DNA of 64,000 nt from a virus (lineage: Duplodnaviria; Caudoviricetes). Where the stretch lies: IMG/VR virus record IMGVR_UViG_3300031998_000009, positions 64,001 through 128,000 of that record. One strand, written 5' to 3'. The notes below the pieces were generated by a model. The model had not been told where the DNA came from. It saw nothing but the letters and a program-made list of their open reading frames with translations, and made no database searches. A program made the position numbers and the translations under genes. Positions 38,051-47,564 of the stretch are shown here, in pieces (the first letter of the stretch is position 1; each line of letters begins with the position of its first letter).

Positions 38051-38573
38051 TATTAACTGTTCCTGTAGAAATAAGATCTATAATAGGATATGTTTTAAAT
38101 GGTTCACACCAACCCCATTCATCTTCTATAAAGTTAGGAATATCAGAAACACGATAATCATTTCTGTCATTCTTTATTTGAACGGATGCGAATATAGCAT
38201 AGGGTAGTTGCTTAAGATCTCTATAGTATTTATATACATATCTATATCCAGAAGCATACAGACCCATTAGTATATTTACAACATTATTAGAAAGAATAGT
38301 AGGTGGTGAGATTCTTACGTTAAATCCATAACTGTTTATAATGTTGATCATTTCATCATCTGTGAATTTAGCATCTAGTGGAATTAATGTAGATGCTCCA
38401 ATATTTACAAATCCACTAAAATATTGTGCATTTGTATTATAGTCTGCGATTGTTATTTGTGTACCTGTTAGATCGTTACCTGTATATTCTGTTACTAATA
38501 TACGAAGATTAGTATAATCAGATCTGGCACCTGTTAATTGATTCCAGGTACTTATCTCTAGTATGTTAGCCAA
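38031..38573 (-). CDS. hypothetical protein
   Basis: TTG start with AAGGAAG SD. Confidence 0.6.
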   Translation of the reverse strand: MANILEISTWNQLTGARSDYTNLRILVTEYTGNDLTGTQITIADYNTNAQYFSGFVNIGASTLIPLDAKFTDDEMINIINSYGFNVRISPPTILSNNVVNILMGLYASGYRYVYKYYRDLKQLPYAIFASVQIKNDRNDYRVSDIPNFIEDEWGWCEPFKTYPIIDLISTGTVNNGLPIS

Positions 38574-38589
38574 TATAGTTCACTTCCTT

Positions 38590-39744
38590 TTAACTTACTG
38601 CCGAAATTATTTTATCTACAACAGAGTCAGTCTCGTAACCGGCCGTATTTTCTTTTGTTCCTGGATTATGTAATACGTCATACCACAATGTGTTAGATGT
38701 AGAAGCATCTCCAACTTTTTCAAGTATTTTGTCTCTTGTCCATGCAATAGGAGAATCGGATTCCACAACAACACCTTTTTGTTTAGTACCGGCATTATGT
38801 AAAATATCATACCAAACAGTACCACTGGTGCTGCTATTTGAACCTAGTCTTGTAGCAATATTGTTTACGGTCGTAGCAACAGAACTGATAGAGGATCCAC
38901 CGGAACCAACATTACTATTTATAGTGTTGCTATATCCGAACAATGTGGAAGTTCCTGTGTCTCCGGAGGCACCTATTAATGTATCGATTTTCTTCAGTTT
39001 ACCATTTAAGGTTGCTGCAGATGCGGAATCTGTACTTTGACCTATTCTACCTTCTACATCGCTAAATGAATTAGATATAGTAGTTGTTTGGTCTTTAACA
39101 GAGTGAGCTACACTATCATCGCTCGTAGTACTATCACGAAGTGCTTTAGAAATCGTGTAGGTATCATTATCAGCTTTAATGTTAGTAGCAACTTTTTCTG
39201 TGGATGTTTTTAATGCAATAAGTGTACCATCTGTACTATCATTGAAATTCTCATCCATAACGGTTATAGAATCGACAACATCTTCATTATAATCTTTCAA
39301 TGTATTTGTCTTATCTATACTTGTCGCAATAGTATTATCAAAATAAGAAGGAGGACTTCCGGTTGTTTTGGTCATATCATAATGTAACTGCCAGCACAAG
39401 GTATCGATTGATTTAGTTACAGTATCACTAGAAGCGGTTTCCGCTAATGCGGTTTCTAGTTTATCTAACCATAATTTAGCTTCATTACTAATCGTACTCG
39501 CTGTCCATGATTGAACCTTAACACCGTTTGTACCTATTTTATTGCTGTCGCTAAACTTCTTTTCCATTATAGGTGTAGGTATTCCGGAAACATAAATCAT
39601 ATAACCTTTATATTCAATACCCGTTTTTATCTTTGCATAGAAATGGGAATTACCTACTAATAATGAACATTCACTAACTCTTACCACAAGCGGATCAGAG
39701 GCTTTAGCAACATATGGATAATCGGATTGCGGAGTGTAGGGCAT
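38590..39744 (-). CDS. Ser/Thr-rich putative virion protein with C-terminal repeat
   Basis: TVWYDILHNAGTK / TLWYDVLHNPGTK duplication. Confidence 0.55.
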   Translation of the reverse strand: MPYTPQSDYPYVAKASDPLVVRVSECSLLVGNSHFYAKIKTGIEYKGYMIYVSGIPTPIMEKKFSDSNKIGTNGVKVQSWTASTISNEAKLWLDKLETALAETASSDTVTKSIDTLCWQLHYDMTKTTGSPPSYFDNTIATSIDKTNTLKDYNEDVVDSITVMDENFNDSTDGTLIALKTSTEKVATNIKADNDTYTISKALRDSTTSDDSVAHSVKDQTTTISNSFSDVEGRIGQSTDSASAATLNGKLKKIDTLIGASGDTGTSTLFGYSNTINSNVGSGGSSISSVATTVNNIATRLGSNSSTSGTVWYDILHNAGTKQKGVVVESDSPIAWTRDKILEKVGDASTSNTLWYDVLHNPGTKENTAGYETDSVVDKIISAVS

Positions 39745-39757
39745 AAGAAAACTCCTT

Positions 39758-40267
39758 TCACTTTATGATAAAAGAATTTCTTTCTTTTCTAAAAGTAACA
39801 ACTTCTATTGTTTCCAGAAACTCTTTATAAAATGTGAGTATACCTGTATTTGTTATATTCACGTCAGATTTATTAAACAGACCATATCTATCGTCCTTAA
39901 ATAAATCGGGTTGATGAATTGGTTTTAAATACCATGAATAGATAGTTTGATTGGAGATGTTTGTGTGCCAACCATAGTTTAATTCATACTCGTCTATTTC
40001 ATTTACTTTTAATTTCACAATATCTCCAGGAAGTAAAAACCCAATACCTAAAACATACAGACATTCTGTTGTATAGGTATATTCATCCTTTAAATATGTA
40101 TATATTGTTCCATCTACCTCACAGGTGAGTACGTCAAACTCACCATTATCGTCAAATGCAACAGATATAGAACCTTGTAGTAAATTACCCTCTAAATCAT
40201 AAAAAGAAAAGTAGGGTATACTGTCACTTTGTCTATTATCATGTAAATTGTTGAATGTGTCAAACAT
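39758..40267 (-). CDS. hypothetical protein
   Basis: ORF with SD. Confidence 0.6.
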   Translation of the reverse strand: MFDTFNNLHDNRQSDSIPYFSFYDLEGNLLQGSISVAFDDNGEFDVLTCEVDGTIYTYLKDEYTYTTECLYVLGIGFLLPGDIVKLKVNEIDEYELNYGWHTNISNQTIYSWYLKPIHQPDLFKDDRYGLFNKSDVNITNTGILTFYKEFLETIEVVTFRKERNSFIIK

Positions 40268-40804
40268 TCAATCACTCTCCTTTTTATCGCTAACCTCAGC
40301 TTCTATAACTTCAGATGTATCAAACTTTGATAATTGTGCTAATAAACTTGCAGCAAGGTTTCTAACCTCATCCCTAGATGTAGCATCAATGACAGTAGCA
40401 GAACCACCATCAGGTGTTATGATGTTAGTGGTATTTATCACTATTTTCTGAAGTTTATCATCTTTCAGAACCTGTGTTACTGTCATATTAGCATCTGCTA
40501 GACATTTAGAAACCGTTTCCATTGCTAATGATATCATAGATAGATTGGTAGGACCTTCGTCTATCTGTTCTGTAACTGTGTCTATAAACTTATTCTCTAA
40601 CTTCTCCATAAAATTAGTAAGTTTTATAATTCGTTTAAGACTATTTCTAGCCTGGACGACTAAAAATAATTTTGTTCTATCTATTAGTTGTTCACCGTTT
40701 ATATCAATAACAGTATTGGTATCATCGTTAGCAAGTTGTTTCATCAGTGACATGGAGGTAATTTCTGGATCACCTAGTTCAAGTTTTACTGTTTCTTGTT
40801 CCAT
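40268..40804 (-). CDS. helical hypothetical protein
   Basis: ORF with SD. Confidence 0.55.
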   Translation of the reverse strand: MEQETVKLELGDPEITSMSLMKQLANDDTNTVIDINGEQLIDRTKLFLVVQARNSLKRIIKLTNFMEKLENKFIDTVTEQIDEGPTNLSMISLAMETVSKCLADANMTVTQVLKDDKLQKIVINTTNIITPDGGSATVIDATSRDEVRNLAASLLAQLSKFDTSEVIEAEVSDKKESD

Positions 40805-40807
40805 GTA

Positions 40808-41239
40808 TTACCCCTCACTTTCTAATCTAGAATACAACTCTTTTAATCTATCACTATATAATGTAGAAAAAACTTTTGGAAGATCGGTTTCTCTATTTAA
40901 AAATGCTTTATATATATCTGTTTTAAATCCACTACATGGTTCGAATTCGAAATCTAAATGTAGGGAAGGTGCCTCTGTAAGTCTATGTTTTTCGTGAAAT
41001 GTTCTAGGTTTTATTGTAACATTTCCTATAAGAGGTATTTCGGTTGTTACCTCCATTTCGTCTAGTGGGGTATCTAACGGATAATTGCATATACTCTCTG
41101 TTACTTTATAACAGATTAGTGTTTCTACTAATCTTAAAAAATCGAAATTATATTTATATGGACTTCCTTGAAGTTGTTGAATTTCAACAGCAATTTGTTT
41201 TGAATCTTTCGTAGAGGTACTACCTTTTGTTCTGGACAT
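40808..41239 (-). CDS. HU/IHF-like DNA-binding protein (tentative)
   Basis: EIPLIGNVTIK..FEFEPCSGFK resembles the HU beta-arm pattern. Confidence 0.4.
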   Translation of the reverse strand: MSRTKGSTSTKDSKQIAVEIQQLQGSPYKYNFDFLRLVETLICYKVTESICNYPLDTPLDEMEVTTEIPLIGNVTIKPRTFHEKHRLTEAPSLHLDFEFEPCSGFKTDIYKAFLNRETDLPKVFSTLYSDRLKELYSRLESEG

Positions 41240-41517
41240 TATTTGTACAACCTCCTCAATGTTTGAAGTAGTGTTTTACGATTATAGGAAAGCAATCTTA
41301 ATATTTTAGAAACACATACCTTGATTTGAGTTACAGAGTTATAATCTATATTCATTTCTAATTCGTCTAGTAGTTTATCAAAGGTATCCGTTTCTTGTGT
41401 ATATACTTTTTCTAATTTTACTCTTGCACATCTATTAAATAGTTGACACGGTGTTTCTTCATTGTTAAATAGATTATTTATATCCGTATAACATTCTTGT
41501 ATGATACTCATAATCAA
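41239..41517 (-). CDS. hypothetical protein
   Basis: coupled ORF. Confidence 0.55.
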   Translation of the reverse strand: MIMSIIQECYTDINNLFNNEETPCQLFNRCARVKLEKVYTQETDTFDKLLDELEMNIDYNSVTQIKVCVSKILRLLSYNRKTLLQTLRRLYK

Positions 41518-41903
41518 TACTTCCTGTTCCCAAAGTTATATTTTTCCATTGTTTCCTTTAACTTGTCTAACTTATTATGCATTAACTTACCTTTGGATGT
41601 AGGTATATCACACATTGTTAGACAGTCTTTCCACGGTCTCTTTTCAATTTCATAATATTGGAAAAGTAACAATACTTGCATGGCATCTGAGAATTCTTTC
41701 TTTGTAGGAACTTTAACTGTTTTACCCGCAAAATATTTAATAAAGTTCATAAAAGAATCTATATCTAGTAAATAACATAATTCGGATAAAGTTGTATACT
41801 CAGGTACCTTGTGTAGGTCATATAAGAAACTACACAAAATAGAATAAACATCAGGTTTGCTTAAATTACCTATCACTTCTGATAAGTTCGGAGTATTCTT
41901 CAT
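41514..41903 (-). CDS. Mor-like transcription activator domain protein (tentative)
   Basis: FIKYFAGKTVKVP motif. Confidence 0.4.
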   Translation of the reverse strand: MKNTPNLSEVIGNLSKPDVYSILCSFLYDLHKVPEYTTLSELCYLLDIDSFMNFIKYFAGKTVKVPTKKEFSDAMQVLLLFQYYEIEKRPWKDCLTMCDIPTSKGKLMHNKLDKLKETMEKYNFGNRKY

Positions 41904-42634
41904 CGTTTACTCTCCTTCTCCTTTGTGAACGATTCGTCAACTATTAACTGCATTTCTAAATCGGCATCTACGTTATCCATTATAGATTCTGTAAAACCTG
42001 CATTTCTAAATTCTTTTTTGAACTGTTCCATAACTATTTCTACATAAGGTTCTATATTCGGTTCTATTCTAAAATAAAATGGCTTATCCTTATCTATCTC
42101 CCTTAACAGGTTTAGACAGACATTTGTGTATAAGGATAGCCACTCTTTTGTACCTTTTTTAAATTTTGTTTTAGACATAGTTTGTTCTATTAGTGATGGT
42201 ATATTATCTAACATTATGTTTCTTTGCATTTTATCGAATTCTTCTGTACAAGACATTGACGAACTTGCACACATTCTTTTTACTTTTTCTCTTAAATGTG
42301 GGTCTGTTTCTGTGTTTATTATTTCATGTTCTATTTTCTTTTGGTTTGGAACATATGATAATTTTATCATTTTTCCTATATAATATATCCAGGCATATAT
42401 TTTTCTTCCATTTAGTACATTCATCCATGTATCTGCCGCTACATCATGACAGACATCTTCTACACCGTTATAACCATAATAGAATTTATTTTGATTTATA
42501 AAAATGTATGCTAATTTTTTAAGTAGTACATACATTTCTTCATTTCTTGGATCATTTTCTGCGAGATAGGTTAATCTTTGTTCTATCTCCAATATTTTCT
42601 TATTTCGTGTTGGTTTGTCTTTCTTGTCTGTCAT
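41900..42634 (-). CDS. sigma-factor-like protein (tentative)
   Basis: EDVCHDVAADTWMNVL...AWIYYI resembles sigma region 2. Confidence 0.35.
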   Translation of the reverse strand: MTDKKDKPTRNKKILEIEQRLTYLAENDPRNEEMYVLLKKLAYIFINQNKFYYGYNGVEDVCHDVAADTWMNVLNGRKIYAWIYYIGKMIKLSYVPNQKKIEHEIINTETDPHLREKVKRMCASSSMSCTEEFDKMQRNIMLDNIPSLIEQTMSKTKFKKGTKEWLSLYTNVCLNLLREIDKDKPFYFRIEPNIEPYVEIVMEQFKKEFRNAGFTESIMDNVDADLEMQLIVDESFTKEKESKR

Positions 42635-42806
42635 TTATATTACCCTCTTTATCAAATAGCTGTATGCTCTGTAATCGTTCCTTCTTCCACATCTGATAAC
42701 ATACAGGACCAAAACCGATAGATTTACTATGTTCTCCTCGAAGCAATTTACCACACCTCCGACACAATACTTGTTCCTCTTTTTCCACGTTCTCTTTGGT
42801 ATTCAT
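42600..42806 (-). CDS. DUF6011-like Zn-finger protein
   Basis: CRRCGKLL...S...GFGPVC. Confidence 0.7.
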   Translation of the reverse strand: MNTKENVEKEEQVLCRRCGKLLRGEHSKSIGFGPVCYQMWKKERLQSIQLFDKEGNINDRQERQTNTK

Positions 42807-42818
42807 GTTTCACACTCC

Positions 42819-43763
42819 TCACATGACGTTTACAATAAGATAATCCACAACATCTTCCGATGTAACAATACCTTGTTTTACGGCTTTTTCATAATATTTT
42901 AAATATTTCATGAATGTAACAAGTTCTTCTATTTTATATTTATTTACATACTCCATAGCTGTTTTGACTTGATAACCTGTTAAACCTGTTGATTCTGTTA
43001 CGTTTTTAGTACCTGCTAGTGTTATTTGAAGTACAGCTTTTACATTGTTATGAAGTAAGGAAACAATCATTAAAGGATTATCACCACGTTTTTTAGAATT
43101 TTCCATAAAAGAGTAGACGTGTTTATAATCTCTTTTCATAATACAATCTACTAATTCATACACTTCACCACTTATTTCAGAATAAAAAACTCCATTCTGT
43201 TTGCATATTCTAAAAGCATCGTTATCTGAAAGTCTTCTAGCTTTCTTTAGATTCTTAACTTTATCAACTTCTAGAAGTATTCTACCATAACTTTTACCAC
43301 ATAATTCGGCAAGGTACAAACAATCCTCTTCGGATATATCTAAATCTTTACGAATGTATTTACACAACATACTTTCAGACAAATATGTGAACTCTACAAT
43401 ATTATCTACAAACTTCTTACTAAATTTAGAACGTGAATCTATATTTCCGTATTTCATGATTACTGTGATATTTTTTGATTTGAGTTGTTTCTCAAGCCCT
43501 TCCCAGCTCTTTTCATCCGTTAAGAATGATTTATCATCACGAATAACATATATAGATTTACTACTCGCAAATAAAGACTTGGTATTCAATGTTTTGATGA
43601 TGTTTTGTATAGACTCAGATTTATAGGTTATTCCATCTATTTTCTCACATAATTTGTTGATGTATATATTCAGTATTTGAAATTCTTCCCCATAAAAGAT
43701 ATACAGATTTCTAAATGATCCTTCAGACATGGATTTCTTTAATTCCATCAAGGTCATTAGCAC
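42819..43763 (-). CDS. holA: DNA polymerase III delta-like clamp-loader subunit
   Basis: LYIFYGEE N-terminus, EVDK, size and synteny with dnaX. Confidence 0.75.
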   Translation of the reverse strand: MLMTLMELKKSMSEGSFRNLYIFYGEEFQILNIYINKLCEKIDGITYKSESIQNIIKTLNTKSLFASSKSIYVIRDDKSFLTDEKSWEGLEKQLKSKNITVIMKYGNIDSRSKFSKKFVDNIVEFTYLSESMLCKYIRKDLDISEEDCLYLAELCGKSYGRILLEVDKVKNLKKARRLSDNDAFRICKQNGVFYSEISGEVYELVDCIMKRDYKHVYSFMENSKKRGDNPLMIVSLLHNNVKAVLQITLAGTKNVTESTGLTGYQVKTAMEYVNKYKIEELVTFMKYLKYYEKAVKQGIVTSEDVVDYLIVNVM

Positions 43764-44617
43764 ACACCTCCGGCAATATCAATATGGGTATTTAGAATCC
43801 AGTTATCAATAATCATTTGTTTACTGCTACCTTTCATCTGTAACTCAGACAGATGTTTACTAGTGTTTTTAATTATTTTACAGAATACTTCTGTATCTTC
43901 CTTGCTGCAATTTTCTAATAGATAATTATTACAACATAACATGATACATCTTAAATACAGTATTGGGTCAAACTTTTCGGATTCTTCATCTTTCCTTAAA
44001 TTTAGAAATGTAGATATTTTGAATTCATTAGCCAGATTAGCAGAACCTATGAATTGAATAAACTTATCTGCTAGATTATATAATTCTGTCACGTCTAGTT
44101 TGGAACAGTTCAGAACATCCTGTGGTGTACTACATATACTCTTTACAATATTTAATTCTTTAGATTTGAACTCTATCTTTTTTTCGTTTATAAAGTTTTG
44201 CAGGTCCGTTTGAGTATATGGATCCAGATAAAATACAGTTCCTCTACTAACAATGGTTCCTAAAACACTATTGATATCCTGAACGGTCATAATGAAATAA
44301 GAATCGTTTGGAGGTTCTTCTGTTACTTTTAGAAGTGCATTTTTAGAAGTAACAGACATACCGTCACAATCAAAAAACATATATAATGTCTTCTCTGTAA
44401 CTGTATATGAATTATATATTACTTCTCTTACACTATCTGCTTTAATATCACAAGGAACAAAGTTTGCCCCTAACTGTTTAGCAGCATAATCAGATATTAA
44501 CTTCTTTCCGGAACCTACATTACCTACAAGAATACTGAATCTAGGAAATCTTCCAGTTTCGACTAGATGGTTTATCTTATCTAGAAGTTTTGTTTGACCA
44601 CAAATATACATATTCAT
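43757..44617 (-). CDS. holB: DNA polymerase III delta'-like clamp-loader subunit
   Basis: GNVGSGKK, NALLKVTEEPP, TIVSRG. Confidence 0.78.
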   Translation of the reverse strand: MNMYICGQTKLLDKINHLVETGRFPRFSILVGNVGSGKKLISDYAAKQLGANFVPCDIKADSVREVIYNSYTVTEKTLYMFFDCDGMSVTSKNALLKVTEEPPNDSYFIMTVQDINSVLGTIVSRGTVFYLDPYTQTDLQNFINEKKIEFKSKELNIVKSICSTPQDVLNCSKLDVTELYNLADKFIQFIGSANLANEFKISTFLNLRKDEESEKFDPILYLRCIMLCCNNYLLENCSKEDTEVFCKIIKNTSKHLSELQMKGSSKQMIIDNWILNTHIDIAGGVC

Positions 44618-45639
44618 GCCTCCGAACAGAGTAAAATAAATGTGGACTCAATCATTGGTTTAGGTGTAGACTCCCACTTAATGCTATTATTCAGATTGAT
44701 CATTTCATTAAGAAGTGTTATAAAGAACTTAAAATCTGAATTATTATATTTGGACATTCTATTATCATAAAGATTAGGTATTTGAATAAATTCGAAAGAT
44801 CTACAAATATCATATTTACAAAGGTCTAGCACAAATGCATTGTAATTCTTGATAAACTGCTTTAGGTCCATACCATCTCTGTAAATAGTTTCAATTATAT
44901 TTATGACTGTTTTCTTATCCATCTTGCACAATGCGTCTGTAAGATCAAAAAGTGTATTATAGTCAACTGTTCCTAATGCTTTAACAACACTTTCCATGGT
45001 AACATCGTTAGAAAAACCTAATACTTTTTCCATAAGAGTAATAGCGTCACGCATACCGCCATCAGCAAGTTTTGCAATATAGCTAATTGCGTCTTCATTA
45101 TATGTATAGGAACATCCTTCTTTATTTTCCATTTCCAATATATACTTCAGACGTTTTGTAATACCGCTGTGAGATATTTTCTTAAAATCATATCTTTGTA
45201 CTCTTGATAGAATTGTATTAGGTATTTTTTGAGGATCTGTTGTAGCAAAAATAAATATGCTTGTAGGTGTAGGTTCTTCAGTTGTCTTGAGTAAACATTG
45301 CCATGAGGTATTGCTCAGCGAGTGGGCCTCATCAATGATATACACCCGATAGTCACAACCAATAGGCTTAAACTTCGAATCATCTATTAGTTTTCTAACA
45401 TCCTCTACACCACTATGAGAAGCTGCGTCTAGCTCTACAATACCGTTTCCATTATTATTGATATACTTTGCAAATAACCTAGCGTCAGTCGTTTTGCCAG
45501 TGCCGGCAGGTCCACAAAACAAATAAGAATTTCGAATTGATTTAGTTTCAATCTGATTCTTCAATATTGCTTTAATAACATCCTGTTCTACTACTTCTTC
45601 AAATGTGGCAGGTCTATACTTCACAGCTAATGTTGGCAT
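44614..45639 (-). CDS. dnaX: DNA polymerase III gamma/tau clamp-loader ATPase
   Basis: LAVKYRP, GPAGTGKT, ELDAAS, IIDEAH, TILSRVQ, GGMRDA. Confidence 0.93.
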   Translation of the reverse strand: MPTLAVKYRPATFEEVVEQDVIKAILKNQIETKSIRNSYLFCGPAGTGKTTDARLFAKYINNNGNGIVELDAASHSGVEDVRKLIDDSKFKPIGCDYRVYIIDEAHSLSNTSWQCLLKTTEEPTPTSIFIFATTDPQKIPNTILSRVQRYDFKKISHSGITKRLKYILEMENKEGCSYTYNEDAISYIAKLADGGMRDAITLMEKVLGFSNDVTMESVVKALGTVDYNTLFDLTDALCKMDKKTVINIIETIYRDGMDLKQFIKNYNAFVLDLCKYDICRSFEFIQIPNLYDNRMSKYNNSDFKFFITLLNEMINLNNSIKWESTPKPMIESTFILLCSEA

Positions 45640-45698
45640 AATAAGAGTTCCTCCTAATTATAAAAATAAAAAAGTGTAGAAAATATTTCTACAATTAA

Positions 45699-45727
45699 AG
45701 TATAACACATTTCCTAATAAAAGTCAA
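45699..45727 (-). promoter_or_regulatory. sigmaA-type promoter
   Basis: TTGACT-17-TATACT. Confidence 0.85.
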
Positions 45728-45766
45728 TAGTTTATTGGAAATTTCTTTCTTAATTTTTATATTTAT

Positions 45767-45809
45767 AAATGTAAAAGCAGTATGTTTTTTCACATACTGC
45801 TTTTACATT
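45767..45809 (-). terminator. intrinsic terminator
   Basis: AAATGTAAAAGCAGTATG/CATACTGCTTTTACATTT. Confidence 0.75.
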
Positions 45810-46144
45810 TAGCTTTCATTTAAATATTCGATAAACTTTTTCATAACACTTTCAGGTAAAACATAATAGTTTTCACCGTCTCCAAAGTCAAATGCTAGTA
45901 TAGGATAGCGTTTTCCCATAGCGTAGCATTGTTCATCCACTTTTTCTAACCATTCTTTTTTAATAGAGAACGACTTCTTTTCTGTAACACAGGTCTTACA
46001 TTCGATTAAACAAGTATCACTAACCACATCACCTTTTAGAAAATCACTAGATCCACTACTTGTTTGAACCTTGGCACCTAGTTTTTTAGCGGTTCGTTTT
46101 TCTTGTTTATCACTATAATATCTTGTAGGTTTCTTTTCCATCAT
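45809..46144 (-). CDS. Hjc-like PD-(D/E)xK endonuclease / Holliday junction resolvase
   Basis: E..AK.LG..SGS..KGDV..LIECKT. Confidence 0.7.
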   Translation of the reverse strand: MMEKKPTRYYSDKQEKRTAKKLGAKVQTSSGSSDFLKGDVVSDTCLIECKTCVTEKKSFSIKKEWLEKVDEQCYAMGKRYPILAFDFGDGENYYVLPESVMKKFIEYLNES

Positions 46145-46518
46145 TGATCCTCAAGATAACTCTTAATAGAGTTTATAGACCCATCTGCAAAATTATAGAG
46201 AATATCAAGTTCGTGTGCGATTGTGTCTAACTGTTTCATTCTTAATTTTACAGCCTGTTTGACCATGGACATAAATCGTTTCATAAGTTTCTTTCTGGCA
46301 ATGCGTTCACCCATATCCTTATTATAAGTATCACCGTTCTTGCAAATGGTTTTAGAAGTTATGATATAGATACCTTTATGTCTGTTGAGAAACAAATCTC
46401 CAAATTCATATGCAATAATTTCGGGTACGTTGTCATAGTATATTTTTGCCTGTGCTACAGTAATATCTCCGTAGTGCTTAAATGTAATGTCCAATGGGTT
46501 GCCTTTAAATTTTTTCAT
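46141..46518 (-). CDS. hypothetical protein
   Basis: C...DTYN...GERIA motif. Confidence 0.55.
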   Translation of the reverse strand: MKKFKGNPLDITFKHYGDITVAQAKIYYDNVPEIIAYEFGDLFLNRHKGIYIITSKTICKNGDTYNKDMGERIARKKLMKRFMSMVKQAVKLRMKQLDTIAHELDILYNFADGSINSIKSYLEDQ

Positions 46519-47014
46519 GTGTGTTTTTCCTCCTACAATATTCTTCACAATCTTCTTGTGTTATATAAAAAACATCGGAACAGGGTAATTCCAGATGTTC
46601 TTCATTAAATTTATCGTATATACTCGCTTCTCTAATAGATACGAACGAATCATTATAAGTACAATCATAGAATACGACATTATTTTGAATAGACATATTA
46701 GTAACAGTGACTTCTTCTGTTTTATAATTGGCTTTATATTCCCTACAACTACACAGTTTATAAGAAACAGAGAAAGAATTATCAACTAATACTAATCCAT
46801 CTTTATTACATTTATTACATTTCTTGGAACGTATATATTGTATCGTGGGTCGATAAATGGTACATAATCTGAACTTATTTAGAGATATACCCGGTTTAAT
46901 TACCTCGGCAAGTTTATTCTTATAATCAAAAACTTCTTTTCTTAATGAGTCTATATAGTTTAAGATATCGAGTTTCATCTCAATATCTTCTTGCAGATAA
47001 TCTCTTGGATTCAT
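46505..47014 (-). CDS. Zn-finger hypothetical protein
   Basis: CNKC..CSC. Confidence 0.55.
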   Translation of the reverse strand: MNPRDYLQEDIEMKLDILNYIDSLRKEVFDYKNKLAEVIKPGISLNKFRLCTIYRPTIQYIRSKKCNKCNKDGLVLVDNSFSVSYKLCSCREYKANYKTEEVTVTNMSIQNNVVFYDCTYNDSFVSIREASIYDKFNEEHLELPCSDVFYITQEDCEEYCRRKNTHEKI

Positions 47015-47038
47015 TCAGTTTCCTCCTTAATACAATTT

Positions 47039-47240
47039 TGGGAACCTCCCTTATATAGGAAAATATACAAGGGAGGCTGGAACTTTCGTACCATTCACCA
47101 AAGGTGTTGTTCCCACAGGAAGTTCTTACATAGGAGGTCGAGAACCCATGGACAAAAAGGATGGCATTCTTCTAGAATCTAAACTTTTGAACTTCCAAGC
47201 GATTTAGATTCTACTCGACATGACCCAACAAAGCTGGGTG
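47039..47240 (-). ncRNA. candidate structured RNA at the 3' end of the tRNA operon
   Basis: consecutive hairpins and a four-way junction; no credible ORF. Confidence 0.5.
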
Positions 47241-47241
47241 T

Positions 47242-47317
47242 TGGTGTCCCGGAACAGAATCGAACTGTTGACACGGGGATTTTCAGTCCCCTGCTCTACC
47301 ATCTGAGCTACCGAGAC
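47242..47317 (-). tRNA. tRNA-Phe(GAA), CCA encoded
   Basis: cloverleaf, loop CT GAA AA. Confidence 0.95.
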
Positions 47318-47323
47318 AAATAA

Positions 47324-47407
47324 CGGAAGGAGAGGGACTCGAACCCTCGCACCTTACGGTCTAGCGGTTTAGCAAACCGTCCCCTTCACCAGCTTGAGCA
47401 TCCTTCC
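47324..47407 (-). tRNA. tRNA-Ser(GCT)
   Basis: cloverleaf with variable arm. Confidence 0.93.
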
Positions 47408-47411
47408 TAAA

Positions 47412-47483
47412 AGTGGATGAAGGGAATTGAACCCTCATTACCTGCTTGGAAGGCAGGAGTCTTAACCATTCGACGACATCCAC
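47412..47483 (-). tRNA. tRNA-Gly(TCC)
   Basis: CCTGC CT TCC AA GCAGG. Confidence 0.93.
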
Positions 47484-47487
47484 AAAG

Positions 47488-47561
47488 TCCTCACAGTAGG
47501 ATTCGAACCTGCGACCTACCGCTTAGAAGGCGGTTGCTCTATCCAACTGAGCTATGTGAGG
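47488..47561 (-). tRNA. tRNA-Arg(TCT)
   Basis: ACCGC CT TCT AA GCGGT. Confidence 0.94.
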
Positions 47562-47564
47562 AGA

